Shown: positions 37,439 to 47,652 of the stretch, piece after piece
Numbering within the stretch: position 1 is the stretch's first letter
Layout of the letters: each line of letters begins with the position of its first letter
Notes under the pieces: model-generated
Database searches by the model: none
Seen by the model: the letters and a program-made list of their open reading frames with translations, nothing else
Told to the model about the DNA's origin: nothing
Assembly (NCBI GenBank): GCA_964607485.1
Contig: CAZSKP010000004.1
Location: forward strand, 96,001-160,000
Source of the DNA: an uncultured bacterium
Lineage (GTDB): Bacteria > Abyssobacteria > SURF-5
Length of the DNA stretch: 64,000 bases
Reading direction: 5' to 3'
Program-made: the position numbers and the translations under genes

Positions 37439-38704
37439 ATGCAGAAAGTCATCATAGCCGGCGGCGTGCGCACACCCATCGGGAGCTTCGGCGGCTCGTT
37501 GCGCGACGTGCCCGTGCACAAACTCGGAGCCCTGGCCCTCGCCGAGGCGGCGAAACGGGCTTCCATCGACCCCGCTCAGGTGGACGACGTCATCGTGGCG
37601 CAGTCGTATCAGAACGGCGAATGCGCCAACGCCGCGCGAATGGCCGTGCTCGAGGCGGGCTGGCCCGACCACGTTCCGGGAGTGACGCTTGACCGCCGCT
37701 GCTGCTCGGGGCTGGACGCCATCTTCTTCGGCGTCATGAAAATCCAGACGGGCAACGCCGACATCGTCGTCGCCGCAGGCATGGAAAGCATGAGTCAGGC
37801 GGAGCTGTACATTCCGGGCGAAATCCGCTGGGGGCTGGGCGGAAGGGTGGACAAGAAGTTGGGCTTCATGCCGAGGGGACACGGCGCGCTCTCGATGTGG
37901 GGGATACCGCTGTACGACAGGATTCAGCGCGCGCGGGTCATGTCGCAGCCCATCGAACGCTACGGCGAGCTGAACTCGATGATGGCCTGGGCCGAGGAGG
38001 CCGCCAGGAAGGAGAACATCTCGCGCCGCGAGGCCGACGAGTGGGCGGTGCGAAGCCATCAGAAGGCCATCGCCGCCATCGACTCGGGCAAGTTCAAGGA
38101 GGAGATCGTCCCCGTCCCGATTCCCCAGCGGAAGGGAGAGCCGAAGCTTTTCGACACCGACGAGCCGCCGCGGCGGGATACGCAGCTCGAAAAACTGGCG
38201 AAGTTGCGCACCGTCTATCCCGACGGAATATGCACCGCCGGCAATTCATCCACCGAGAACGACGGCGCGGCAGCCGTCGTGCTGATGTCCGAGAGCAAGG
38301 CCAAAGAGCTCAACGTCGCGCCGCTCGTTTACTTCGACTCCTGCGCCGTCGCCGCCACCGACCCCACGCTCACCTATCCGGCCGTGCCCGCTTCCGTCAA
38401 CAAGGCGCTGGAAAAGGCCGGCCTCGCCATAGACCAGATCGACCTGATAGAGATTCAGGAGGCGTTCGCCGTGCAGGCGCTCGCCGACGCGAGGCTGATG
38501 GGAATCAAGCCGGAAGATTTCGACAAGACGATCAACGTGAACGGCTCGGGCATCTCGCTCGGGCATCCCATCGGCGCCACCGGCGTCATGCGACTGGTTA
38601 CACTCATTCACGAGATGCGGCGGCGCGGCAGCCGCTACGGACTCGAAACCATCTGCGGAGGCGGCGGCCTCGGCATCTCCGCCATCGTCGAAGCCGGAAA
38701 ATAG
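37439..38704 (+). CDS. Acetyl-CoA C-acyltransferase (thiolase)
   Basis: 'RTPIG', 'RCCSG', 'TAGNSS.ENDGAA', '[17 protein letters not shown]', 'ICGGGG'. Confidence 0.95.
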   Translation: MQKVIIAGGVRTPIGSFGGSLRDVPVHKLGALALAEAAKRASIDPAQVDDVIVAQSYQNGECANAARMAVLEAGWPDHVPGVTLDRRCCSGLDAIFFGVMKIQTGNADIVVAAGMESMSQAELYIPGEIRWGLGGRVDKKLGFMPRGHGALSMWGIPLYDRIQRARVMSQPIERYGELNSMMAWAEEAARKENISRREADEWAVRSHQKAIAAIDSGKFKEEIVPVPIPQRKGEPKLFDTDEPPRRDTQLEKLAKLRTVYPDGICTAGNSSTENDGAAAVVLMSESKAKELNVAPLVYFDSCAVAATDPTLTYPAVPASVNKALEKAGLAIDQIDLIEIQEAFAVQALADARLMGIKPEDFDKTINVNGSGISLGHPIGATGVMRLVTLIHEMRRRGSRYGLETICGGGGLGISAIVEAGK

Positions 38705-38742
38705 GACTGGGGCAGGGCAAGGCATCGCTCAAACTATTCGGT

Positions 38743-38786
38743 GTCATTGCGAGGGAGGGTCACAGACTCGACCGAAGCAATCCCGC
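38743..38786. repeat. REP-like element, half copy of 51727-51840
   Basis: 41/44 nt identical to 51727-51770. Confidence 0.8.
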
Positions 38787-38822
38787 TGATAAATAGGGAC
38801 AGACCCCGTTTTTCGAAGAGGG

Positions 38823-38948
38823 TACAAATACGACGCGTTCGGGAACATCATCTCGGAGACGGGGCAGGCGTTTAACCGACGGTTCACCTACACCTCTCGC
38901 GAGCGCCACGTCCGCAGTGGGCTGTATTACTACCGCGGCCGCTTCTAT
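38823..38948 (+). pseudogene. Orphan Rhs repeat-associated core fragment
   Basis: Translates as YKYDAFGNIISETGQAFNRRFTYTSRERHVRSGLYYYRGRFY. Confidence 0.85.
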
Positions 38949-39036
38949 GTTACTCTGGGGACAGTCCCGAATCTATGCGGCACAAGACGGCCGCCGTAAT
39001 TCTTGGGACAGTCCCCGTCGCAACTTTCGGACAGCC

Positions 39037-41031
39037 CTATTCCAGCCGGCCCCACACCGACCAATTCCAGTCGATGGATGCACCTTCCGGATTGGATAAT
39101 TCCACCCGCCTTGAGAATGTTCTGCTGTGAGGTGACAGCGCGTCACCCTTGAGGGCGGACCCGAAATCGATATACAGCTTTCCGTCGCAGGTTGTGCCGT
39201 CGGGATTTTTCACCTGGACAGTCGAGGGGCTTATGTATTCGATGACGAGCCTGAGCGGCCCCGCTATCTGCTGGGACGACACGTTGTAGAGACGGATGTC
39301 GCAGTATGTGACACTTCGCTTTCGGTCGAAGCGCGGGCGCGAGTGGCGCAGTAGTGTCAGAGAAGTCACATCGTCGCCCATCGGCGCGCAGCCGTAAGCA
39401 CTGGCCGTGCACGTGTCGGGCTCGCTCTCATATTCACCGTCACCGACGATGAGCTGGACGACGTAGTCGCCCTCCGCGTCGACCTCGAACGTGGGAGTTG
39501 CGGACGTCTCGTCGGACAGCAGGGCGGAGCTGTCGGCGGGTTTGCTCAACATGCTCCAGCGATGTGTCAGCGGGTCGCCCTCAGGGTCGCTGCTGCCGCC
39601 GGCATCGAGCTGCACGATGTCGCCCACCGCGACCTCCTGGTCGGGCCCGGCATCGGCGACGGGCGGAAGATTGTACGTGCTGATCGCGACCGAATCGGGC
39701 TGGCTCGGGCATTTCCCGTCACTGACGACCAACTCGGCCACGTATTCGCCTGGAAGGTCAACGGTGAACGTGGGCGTCGCTGCGGTGGGGTCGGACAAAG
39801 TCGCTGCACTGCCGGCGGGCGTGCCGACGAGCGTCCACATGAACGTCAGCGCATCACCGTCGGCGTCGGTGCTGCCCCGTCCGTCGAGGCTCACGACATC
39901 GCCGACATGAACCGTTTGGTCGGAGCCGGCTTTTGCGACCGGACACGAATTGACGGTGCTCACGGTGACCGTGTCGGGTTCGCTGTCGCAGGCGCCGTCG
40001 TTGACGACGAGCTCGGCCATGTATTCGCCTGAAAGATCAACGGTGAACGTGGTCGTTACTGCGATAGGGTCGGAAAGCGCCGCCGCGCTGCCCTCTGGTT
40101 TGCTCGAGAGCGACCACACGTAGGTGAGCGCATCACCGTCCGGGTCGGTGCTTCCGCCGCCGGCAAGCGTCACGATGTCGCCGAGCGCGACTGTCTGATC
40201 CGGTCCCGCGTTTGCGGTCGGACAGCTATTGCAGAATTCGTCTATTTCGCCGTTGCAGTTGTTGTCGATGCCGTCGTCGCACAGCTCCACTGCGCCGGGG
40301 TTAATCGTCGCATCGGCGTCATCGCAGTCCGTATTGTCGAGCACGTATCCGCCGGGGGCCTCGCACGTTTGGAGGGATACTGACGGGTCGCCGTATCCGT
40401 CTCCGTCGGCGTCCCGGTAATAGAGCGACCCCTCGACCCCTTCATCTATTTGACCGTCGCAGTCGTTGTCCACTCCGTCACAGATTTCGACGGCGCCGGG
40501 ATGAATCGCCGGATTGGAGTCGTCGCAGTCGTCTCCGCCGCATGAGATACTGTCGTGCATGTCGCCGTCCGCGTCGCAGTCACACGCGTCGCCGACTCCG
40601 TCACCGTCCGTGTCCGCCTGGTCCGGGTTGTAGGTGAGCCGGCAATTATCGATTTCATCAGGCACACCATCGCCGTCGGAATCCGGCGCCATCACAACAA
40701 CCGCATCTGAAGGGGGGGAGAACTGGCTGAAGTTTCCACATGTATCGACCGCTCGCAATTCGTAATAGTACGTGTTGTTCAGGCTCACGCTATCATCGGT
40801 CAGAGACGTGCCGGTGACGATACCGCTGTGTATCTTGGCGTAGGGACCGTCAGAGGCGTTTCCCCGGTAAACCTCGTATCCCGCAACATCGGGTTCGGGA
40901 TTGGCCGTCCATGACAAGTGAACGGGCGGCTTAGGAACGAGGACATCAGCCCAACTCAAGGAATGTAAGCCTGCCAAAAGGCACAGTGCAATCAAGAAAG
41001 ACCAGATTCGACGGGGATTGAGGTTTCGCAT
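39037..41031 (-). CDS. Secreted Ca-binding surface protein: FN3-like, TSP3, MopE-related repeats and three PKD-like domains
   Basis: Signal peptide; '[16 protein letters not shown]'; '[14 protein letters not shown]'; 'DCDD...[16 protein letters not shown]'; three 'PxAxAGPDQ...[12 protein letters not shown]' repeats. Confidence 0.88.
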   Translation of the reverse strand: MRNLNPRRIWSFLIALCLLAGLHSLSWADVLVPKPPVHLSWTANPEPDVAGYEVYRGNASDGPYAKIHSGIVTGTSLTDDSVSLNNTYYYELRAVDTCGNFSQFSPPSDAVVVMAPDSDGDGVPDEIDNCRLTYNPDQADTDGDGVGDACDCDADGDMHDSISCGGDDCDDSNPAIHPGAVEICDGVDNDCDGQIDEGVEGSLYYRDADGDGYGDPSVSLQTCEAPGGYVLDNTDCDDADATINPGAVELCDDGIDNNCNGEIDEFCNSCPTANAGPDQTVALGDIVTLAGGGSTDPDGDALTYVWSLSSKPEGSAAALSDPIAVTTTFTVDLSGEYMAELVVNDGACDSEPDTVTVSTVNSCPVAKAGSDQTVHVGDVVSLDGRGSTDADGDALTFMWTLVGTPAGSAATLSDPTAATPTFTVDLPGEYVAELVVSDGKCPSQPDSVAISTYNLPPVADAGPDQEVAVGDIVQLDAGGSSDPEGDPLTHRWSMLSKPADSSALLSDETSATPTFEVDAEGDYVVQLIVGDGEYESEPDTCTASAYGCAPMGDDVTSLTLLRHSRPRFDRKRSVTYCDIRLYNVSSQQIAGPLRLVIEYISPSTVQVKNPDGTTCDGKLYIDFGSALKGDALSPHSRTFSRRVELSNPEGASIDWNWSVWGRLE

Positions 41032-41113
41032 GATTCTTTCTCCAGATTTGCCTTGCTGCTCCACTGGGGGAATGCCTATGATTTGTGAGCGTCATGAATT
41101 ATGCTATAGCTTA

Positions 41114-41130
41114 AGCAGGGAAGATGCCAA
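41114..41130 (-). promoter_or_regulatory. Putative sigma54 promoter (proximal)
   Basis: TTGGCAT-CTTCC-CTGCT upstream of the PKD gene. Confidence 0.5.
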
Positions 41131-41463
41131 AGCACTCTATTTATTGAAACTACTTGTCGCGCCTACTGTTTTGCATTCTTTCCATCCACGAAGTTAGCTG
41201 CGGGAATATACGCCCGTGTAGCTCTCAATCACAGAAATGTAAGTTGGCACTGGGACATTCATTCCCGGATACCGCGTGGAGGATTGTCACACAATATAAA
41301 CAGTTTTGTATAAATACATGTAAATATAAACACCATAAGGCAAAAAAATTTTGGAAAATGCCTGAGCGGGGACATGGGGACATGAGGTCGGCTGCACCTG
41401 CGGCGCTATCGGCGCGCTTGCATCCGTGGTGGGGCGGGATCTTATTTTTGGATGCGAAGGCAA

Positions 41464-41480
41464 AGCAACGCACGTGCCAA
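41464..41480 (-). promoter_or_regulatory. Putative sigma54 promoter (distal)
   Basis: TTGGCACGTGCGTTGCT, an exact -24/-12 consensus. Confidence 0.6.
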
Positions 41481-41897
41481 TCGGCCGAGCCCGAGGTGAG
41501 AATCAACTAAACCGTTGCCGGGCAAGAGCTTTAGCACTTTACCGGAAGGAGGCTTCGTGAATGGGCGACTATAGGACTACGAATATCTACTTGGTATTGT
41601 TATGCCCCACAATCCCATATTACTCAGTGCGCGGACAGCCGTTAGACCGATAAATTAAGGCTATTCTGAGATTCGCAGCACCCGACACGGGTATTTGAGG
41701 GGGAGGCCCATTATGCCCGGCAGGAAACGCATTTCGGGTTTTTCGAATCCCGACGCGATACGGCACGCCCCTGGCATGATGATAAGTTGAAGAAAAGTCG
41801 TCTTTTACAACAAAAGTCCGCCCTCAGCGTCGCGTTGCCCAAGCAGCGGATGCCGCTTTCCCAGCAGGGGGTGCCGGAAGGAGCCGCGGCCCAATCT

Positions 41898-43040
41898 TCA
41901 GAGGCCGGTGAAGCCCAATTGCGAGATGACGACCCTCATGAATATCCACCTGACAATGAAGGCTCCGATCGCCAGGAAAAAGGCGCCGACGAAACCATAG
42001 CCATATGCGCTCATGAGGACGATGATATTGAGCGCAAGGGTCCAGACAAAGAGCGCCAGGAAGAGCATGCCAACGGCAGCGGCGACGGGACCCATGAGTT
42101 GCGGAGAGGCGACGATGACGACCACTCCAATCACCGCCACGATTACCAGTGTGTAGGTAACAATGCGCGTGACTCCCTCGACGAACGCAAAATAGACGGT
42201 GAGCGTGATGAAGTTCGTCTCGTCGGCCACGAAAAAGTTCACGGCGGCTATGCTGAGCGAATAGACGAGAAGATTGAGCACGGTCTGACCAACCACCATC
42301 ACGACGCTGGGTTGTCTGAACTCCCCTGAACCGATGAGAGAGCCCGCCATCCCCCCCGGCAGTTTATCGGCGATGCTTGCTCCGACGAGAACAAACAGGA
42401 CCACGGGCAACAGGCTGATGAAATAGAACGCTGCCACCTTGGCCAGGCCCGACGGAGCCGACAGGTACTCGTCGAATTCGTCAAGCGTCTGGACCGGATG
42501 AATGATGAGATTCACGATGTAGTAGAGGAGACTGTTTGTCTCATATGTCTCCTCCACTCCCGCGTTGGGTCCGGCCGGCGGTTCCATTCCCGGGGGCAGG
42601 GCGTCTCGTTCGCTGATGGGCGTCTCGTATTCGCGCAACAGGACATCTTCGTTCTCGTCTGAATGAAGGAACGCTTCCTCGGGGGGTATGTAGGGCGGGG
42701 GCTCCGAAAAATCGAGGTCTTCCACACGCGGGGCCTCTTCATCCTCCGGGGGGAAAACCGGCGCCGGCTCTTCATAAAGCCTCTCACTCGGGCCTTCGTC
42801 CGAAACGAGGCCGAGCATTCGCTTGCGCGCCCTGAACTCCTCCTTCGCGAGGTCCATCAAGCGAAGCTTTTCCTCGTGCACCTCACGGCGATATTTCCTC
42901 CGCTTCTCCTCCACCGGGATTTTTTCCCGTCCAATGCGCTCCTTCGTCTCGCTCTTGTAATCGTCCAGCCGCCGCTGCATCGACTCCTTTATCTCCCGGC
43001 GGAGAGCGGCTTTCTTCTCCCTTATGTTTCTCTTATCCAT
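41898..43040 (-). CDS. Hypothetical membrane protein with Yip1-like C-terminal domain
   Basis: Charged coiled-coil N-terminus, acidic Pro-rich linker, 'LIIHPVQTL', then about 5 TM helices. Confidence 0.75.
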   Translation of the reverse strand: MDKRNIREKKAALRREIKESMQRRLDDYKSETKERIGREKIPVEEKRRKYRREVHEEKLRLMDLAKEEFRARKRMLGLVSDEGPSERLYEEPAPVFPPEDEEAPRVEDLDFSEPPPYIPPEEAFLHSDENEDVLLREYETPISERDALPPGMEPPAGPNAGVEETYETNSLLYYIVNLIIHPVQTLDEFDEYLSAPSGLAKVAAFYFISLLPVVLFVLVGASIADKLPGGMAGSLIGSGEFRQPSVVMVVGQTVLNLLVYSLSIAAVNFFVADETNFITLTVYFAFVEGVTRIVTYTLVIVAVIGVVVIVASPQLMGPVAAAVGMLFLALFVWTLALNIIVLMSAYGYGFVGAFFLAIGAFIVRWIFMRVVISQLGFTGL

Positions 43041-43213
43041 GGATGCGTCTGCAATCTTTGACCGTCAGCTCTATTAGAGATGCATTCAAATAATAGCATA
43101 CCCTTTGAATACAGCGCAAATTTCGGGACGCCGATGGAGAAAACTTGCGGCAGTCTCCCCATCCGACAACAAGGCCCCGGTTCGCGACACGCCGCCGGGG
43201 CCCATGAGACGTT

Positions 43214-44716
43214 TCAATTCTCGACCGCTTTCTGCGCCTTGTGGTTGCGGAAGATCCTCGCGAACGAAAAAGCGATCACGAAGGCCAGAATCACCACTCC
43301 CCAGCCGCCCACGAACAGCGACCATTGAGGATAACCTTCATACGGCACGCGAATGCGCTGGACGAATTCGCTCGCAATCATGAATATAAGGACGAGCGGA
43401 GTCAAATACTTTATGCACACGCTCCACCACCGTCCCACGGAAAAATCGGAAGTGGAATTGACGAACTCTCGCATCTTCTCGGCCCCGAAGAACCAGCCGA
43501 TGGCGAGGCACTCGAACAGGCCGAAAATCGTCAGCCCGAAATTGTTAATGTGGCGGTCCACAATGTCGAGCCAGTACAGCCCCGCATCCGTGCAGAACAG
43601 CAATCCCCCGAGCAGAGCCAGAATGCATGTAATGAGGCTGATCGTCTCGCGCTTGACGGGGATATAGTCATGGAACCCGGCGACCACCGCCTCCACCAGC
43701 GAAAAGGCCGAGTCGATTGCGAGAGTGAGCAGCGTGAGGAAGAACAGGAATCCGAACAGCGCAGGCAGATAGGGCATCAAGCTGATGGCCGTCGGGTACG
43801 TGACGAACGCCAGGCCCGGCCCGCTGGATACCACTTCCGACACGGCCACGCCCTGCTGAACGGCCAGAAAACCCAACACCGTGAAAACAGCGAAGCCGGC
43901 GATGAAGCTGACGGCGGCATCCAGCGCGACCACCCATATGGCATTTGCGTTGATGTCCGAATTCTTGGGCAAATAGCTGGCATATGCGGGCATCACGCCG
44001 AACGCGAGCGTGATGCTGAAGAACACCTGCGAGTAGGCGGACAGCCATACGCGGTGGTCGAGCAGCTTCTCCCATTCGGGCCGAAGATAGAATGACACTC
44101 CCTCCAGCGCCCCCGGCAGCGTGAAACCCCGGATTACGAACAGTATGATGATAACGACCGGCAGCGGCACCGTCCACATCACGATTTTCGAGACCACCTT
44201 GGTTCCCTTGAAGATTGAAAGATAGATGAGAATCCACGCGGCGACGGACCCCGCCAAAAGCACGGGCACTATCTTGGTTATATCGCCCGGCCCCGAAGAA
44301 AGTTGGAGCACCTGCTTGAAGAAGTGAGCTTCGGCATCGCTTCCCCATGCAAGGGTCAGAGATTTGAACAGATAAATGATGGTCCAGCCCATCACCACGG
44401 CGTAAAAGCAACAGATGATAAAGCCATTGGCGAGCGTGCCCCAGCCGATCCAGCGCATGCCCGAACGGATGTCTCCGAACGCGGCGGGCGCGCCGTTGAC
44501 CTCCCAACGCGCGCGGCCCCAACAGCCGACGGCCATCTCCAGAACCAACAACGGAAAACCGGCCGTGACCAGCGCGATCAGCCACGGTATCAGAAATACC
44601 GCGCCGCCGCTGTCATACACGATATAGGGAAACCTCCAGAGGTTTCCCAGGCCGACCGCACTGCCGACAGCGGCCAGCACAAACGTAGTCCGACTGCTCC
44701 ACTGTTCGCTTGCCAC
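43214..44716 (-). CDS. Sodium-dependent transporter, NSS/SNF family
   Basis: 'GSAVGLGNLWRFPY', 'QVFFS', 'GPGLAFVTYP'. Confidence 0.95.
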   Translation of the reverse strand: MASEQWSSRTTFVLAAVGSAVGLGNLWRFPYIVYDSGGAVFLIPWLIALVTAGFPLLVLEMAVGCWGRARWEVNGAPAAFGDIRSGMRWIGWGTLANGFIICCFYAVVMGWTIIYLFKSLTLAWGSDAEAHFFKQVLQLSSGPGDITKIVPVLLAGSVAAWILIYLSIFKGTKVVSKIVMWTVPLPVVIIILFVIRGFTLPGALEGVSFYLRPEWEKLLDHRVWLSAYSQVFFSITLAFGVMPAYASYLPKNSDINANAIWVVALDAAVSFIAGFAVFTVLGFLAVQQGVAVSEVVSSGPGLAFVTYPTAISLMPYLPALFGFLFFLTLLTLAIDSAFSLVEAVVAGFHDYIPVKRETISLITCILALLGGLLFCTDAGLYWLDIVDRHINNFGLTIFGLFECLAIGWFFGAEKMREFVNSTSDFSVGRWWSVCIKYLTPLVLIFMIASEFVQRIRVPYEGYPQWSLFVGGWGVVILAFVIAFSFARIFRNHKAQKAVEN

Positions 44717-44925
44717 CTCTCCCTTCTCCTTTTCCAGATTTAGAATCGGCAGTCAACTTGTCTGAGGCTTATCGTACGAAATGACATATTAACATAAACT
44801 CTATCTTGAGTCACTAGAAAAACCGGGCTCGAGTAGTGTCCGGCAAGGTATCTGCCTGCTTTTCCAGACAGCCCATAACGTTTCGCATACGCTCCTTCTT
44901 CCTGATGGATCATAAGGAATCTCAG

Positions 44926-45016
44926 GTAGGGGCAGGCCCCCGTGGTTGCCCGTTTTTTCCCATGATACCGCAAATATTCACGAGCGCGCGAGGCAGGCAC
45001 AGGGGCCTGCCTCTAC
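44926..45016. repeat. GTAG-type REP doublet (REPIN-like)
   Basis: gtaggggcaggccccc...aggggcctgcctctac inverted pair. Confidence 0.75.
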
Positions 45017-45097
45017 TTCGAATCGGTCTTCGGAATAAGACGCGTTGTTCGCGTGGGATGGATTCACCCGTGCAGGGAAGAGTGGAAGAGATTCCGC

Positions 45098-46255
45098 TCA
45101 GAGCCGCAGCACCCTGGCGAGCGGGCCGCTGCCGACCGTTATTGCGCCCTGAGGGCACATCTCCTGACAGCAGAAGCAGCGAATGCACTGCTTGAGGTCG
45201 AACCGAAGGGAATCGTTGTGGGCGGTGATGACGTGCGCGGGACAGTTATTAACGCATACGAGACACATCTCGCATTTGCGCGAATCGACAACGGGCCGCG
45301 TCGTCAGCCAGTCGCGCAAATAGTCTCTGAGGAAGCCGGGGAAAAGCCCTATCAAGTCGCTGGTCTCGGGAAAAACGAAGCCGGCCACCTTGCAATCTTC
45401 AAGACGCTCACCGGCGGTCGAGATCTCTCGCAGCCGCGTCTGCCCCGCTCCCATTTCCTCCGCGGCCAGAATCGTCGGCATTCGGTCTCGTGGCAGTCCG
45501 ACTATCTCGCACACGACGGTGTCCAGCGCCACGGCGTCCTCGGACGCCAGGACGAGCCCCATCCTCTTGAGGTCGCCGTTCTGCGGGCCGTTGCCGTGCA
45601 TGGCGGTAATCCCGTCCATGAGCGTCAGCCGCGGGGACACCTTGCGGTAAAGATCGACCAGCATTCGCGCGAAATTCATCCGGTCGGCGCCGGCGGCCAG
45701 GTGCCACTGCGATTTGCGCGTGCCCGGCACTACGCCAAACATATTCTTCACGCCGAGGGTGAGCGTCATCTGTCCGTGCGTCTTCAATTTGGGGAGATTT
45801 ATGACGACGTCGGCGTCGAGGACCGACCGGTCGATCTTGAACCTCTTGTATTTTGCGCCGTCGGGACTGTCCACATCCACGGGATTGTCGAAATTGACAA
45901 CCTCCACTTTCTCCTCTTTGGCCACAGCGGCGATCCCGCACTTCGAGGCAACCCTCACGGCGCTCCCCATGGCCGGGCTGTCCCCGATCAGGGGCTTGCC
46001 GCCCGCCTTCTTCACCAACCCGACGACCGCGCGGACGATCTCCGGATGGGTGGTCACGTGCTTGTCGGTCGGCCTGCCTATGAGCAAATTGGGCTTGAGA
46101 AGAACTCGGTCCCCCTTTTTCACAAAACGGTCGATCCCGCCCAGCTCATCGACCGCCTTATCGACGGCTTTGAAAACCTTCTGCGAGCCATAGCTGCCGC
46201 ATCGCGACACAGCCACTCGCGCGCTTTTTTCAGCGCTCTTCTTCGACTTCCCCAT
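45098..46255 (-). CDS. DUF362 domain protein with 4Fe-4S dicluster
   Basis: 'VLLKPNL', 'TTHP', 'NLPKLKTH', 'GVKNMFG', CxxCxxCxxxCP twice. Confidence 0.92.
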   Translation of the reverse strand: MGKSKKSAEKSARVAVSRCGSYGSQKVFKAVDKAVDELGGIDRFVKKGDRVLLKPNLLIGRPTDKHVTTHPEIVRAVVGLVKKAGGKPLIGDSPAMGSAVRVASKCGIAAVAKEEKVEVVNFDNPVDVDSPDGAKYKRFKIDRSVLDADVVINLPKLKTHGQMTLTLGVKNMFGVVPGTRKSQWHLAAGADRMNFARMLVDLYRKVSPRLTLMDGITAMHGNGPQNGDLKRMGLVLASEDAVALDTVVCEIVGLPRDRMPTILAAEEMGAGQTRLREISTAGERLEDCKVAGFVFPETSDLIGLFPGFLRDYLRDWLTTRPVVDSRKCEMCLVCVNNCPAHVITAHNDSLRFDLKQCIRCFCCQEMCPQGAITVGSGPLARVLRL

Positions 46256-46466
46256 CGGGCAGCTCTCCCCCAAAATTGGATGGGTCGCGGACAATCTTGT
46301 GCAGCCCCGTCCCGTTCTCAGAAAGACGAAAACCCTCGGAGTCGCGCGAACCGATGCCCAGACCCGAGGTCCGACTGAATATCTGGCGAAACACCAGAAA
46401 AAGATGAAGGCCGTACAAGCCGATGGACACGCCCAGAATTAATTTTGCAATCGTTTCGATGCTCAT
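46230..46466 (-). CDS. Small hypothetical membrane protein
   Basis: 78-aa ORF with an N-terminal TM helix, overlapping the DUF362 start. Confidence 0.45.
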   Translation of the reverse strand: MSIETIAKLILGVSIGLYGLHLFLVFRQIFSRTSGLGIGSRDSEGFRLSENGTGLHKIVRDPSNFGGELPDGEVEEER

Positions 46467-46765
46467 CTCAACGCACTGCCAATAAAATACTTACGCAATC
46501 CAGCATCAATCGGTCAACCCCTCGATCTGCTCCATTATAACACGTTCCTGCCCGCATTCAAAGGGGCCCGTTGTTCCGCTGTCCGAAAGCGGCCGGACTG
46601 CCTCGAAGTGGTCACCGACCGGCAGGGGCTTTGGCATGATATTTTCTCCCCTTCGCGGTGGAAAAGTGCGTCGGCTCTCCTCAAAACAGGGGAGGAATAA
46701 TACATTTGCTGCCTGAAAAAGGTCAAGCGAGGCTTTCGCGGCCGGCTCGGGCGCAGGGTGGCCCC

Positions 46766-47611
46766 ATGAGCGATTCTGCCGAACAGTTCAAGAAGAAATT
46801 GATGGCCATAAAGGAGATCTCCACCCTCCCTCAGGTGATGATAAGGATAATGGAGATAATCACCGACGAAAGCTCGTGCGCATCCGACCTTGCGAGCGAG
46901 ATCGCAAATGACACCTCGCTCACCGCCAAGATACTCAAAATGGTGAACTCCGCCTACTATGGTTTCTACAGGGAAATAGTCAAGGTGTCGGACGCCGTCG
47001 TCGTGCTCGGGTTCAACGAAATCAGACGTCTCTCGCTCGCAATCTCCGTGCTCGACATGTTCGGCCCCGGCAACCGGGCGGAACATCGTCTGAGACTCTG
47101 GAATCACTCGTTCGGATGTGCCGCGTTGAGCGACATCATCGCGAAGGAGTGGGGCATATTCGACAGGGGCGCATTCACGGCCGGACTGCTGCACGACATC
47201 GGCAAGGCGGTACTCGACCAGTATTTCCCCAGCATGTTCTCAGCCATTCAGGCCTGCATGCGGGAACACTCATTGAAGGCGCACGAGGCGGAAAGACAGC
47301 TATTCGAATTCGACCATGCCGATGTCGGCTATTGGTTGTCCGAACGATGGAACCTTCCGGTAAGCCTGAGCGAAGCCATCCACTTTCATCACCGGCCGGA
47401 AGCAGCCGAAGAGGCGCCCGAACTCGCGACGCTCGTCCATCTGGCCGACGGCCTCGTGAACGAGTTCATGAGTCTTAAAGCTGCGGGCGTGCCTCTGACC
47501 GATGTGTCGGCCGAAGATGGCGAGGAGTTCTCGTCCGAGAAGAAGGCGGCCCTCCTTCTCGAACTGGAAAGAAGGATGAAGAGTTCGGCGGCGGCGAACA
47601 GTTTCCTCTGA
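46766..47611 (+). CDS. HDOD domain protein
   Basis: 'STLPQV', 'LTAKILKMVNSAYYG', 'AVVVLG', 'AGLLHDIGK', 'WNLP'. Confidence 0.93.
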   Translation: MSDSAEQFKKKLMAIKEISTLPQVMIRIMEIITDESSCASDLASEIANDTSLTAKILKMVNSAYYGFYREIVKVSDAVVVLGFNEIRRLSLAISVLDMFGPGNRAEHRLRLWNHSFGCAALSDIIAKEWGIFDRGAFTAGLLHDIGKAVLDQYFPSMFSAIQACMREHSLKAHEAERQLFEFDHADVGYWLSERWNLPVSLSEAIHFHHRPEAAEEAPELATLVHLADGLVNEFMSLKAAGVPLTDVSAEDGEEFSSEKKAALLLELERRMKSSAAANSFL

Positions 47612-47652
47612 TCGTTCGAGCATGAGTCGTCGAACCACGGGGGCATTCACGA

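Noticed and set aside
39400-40560. Repeated DNA that might be a CRISPR or tandem array
   Set aside because: These are coding PKD and MopE/TSP3 domain repeats
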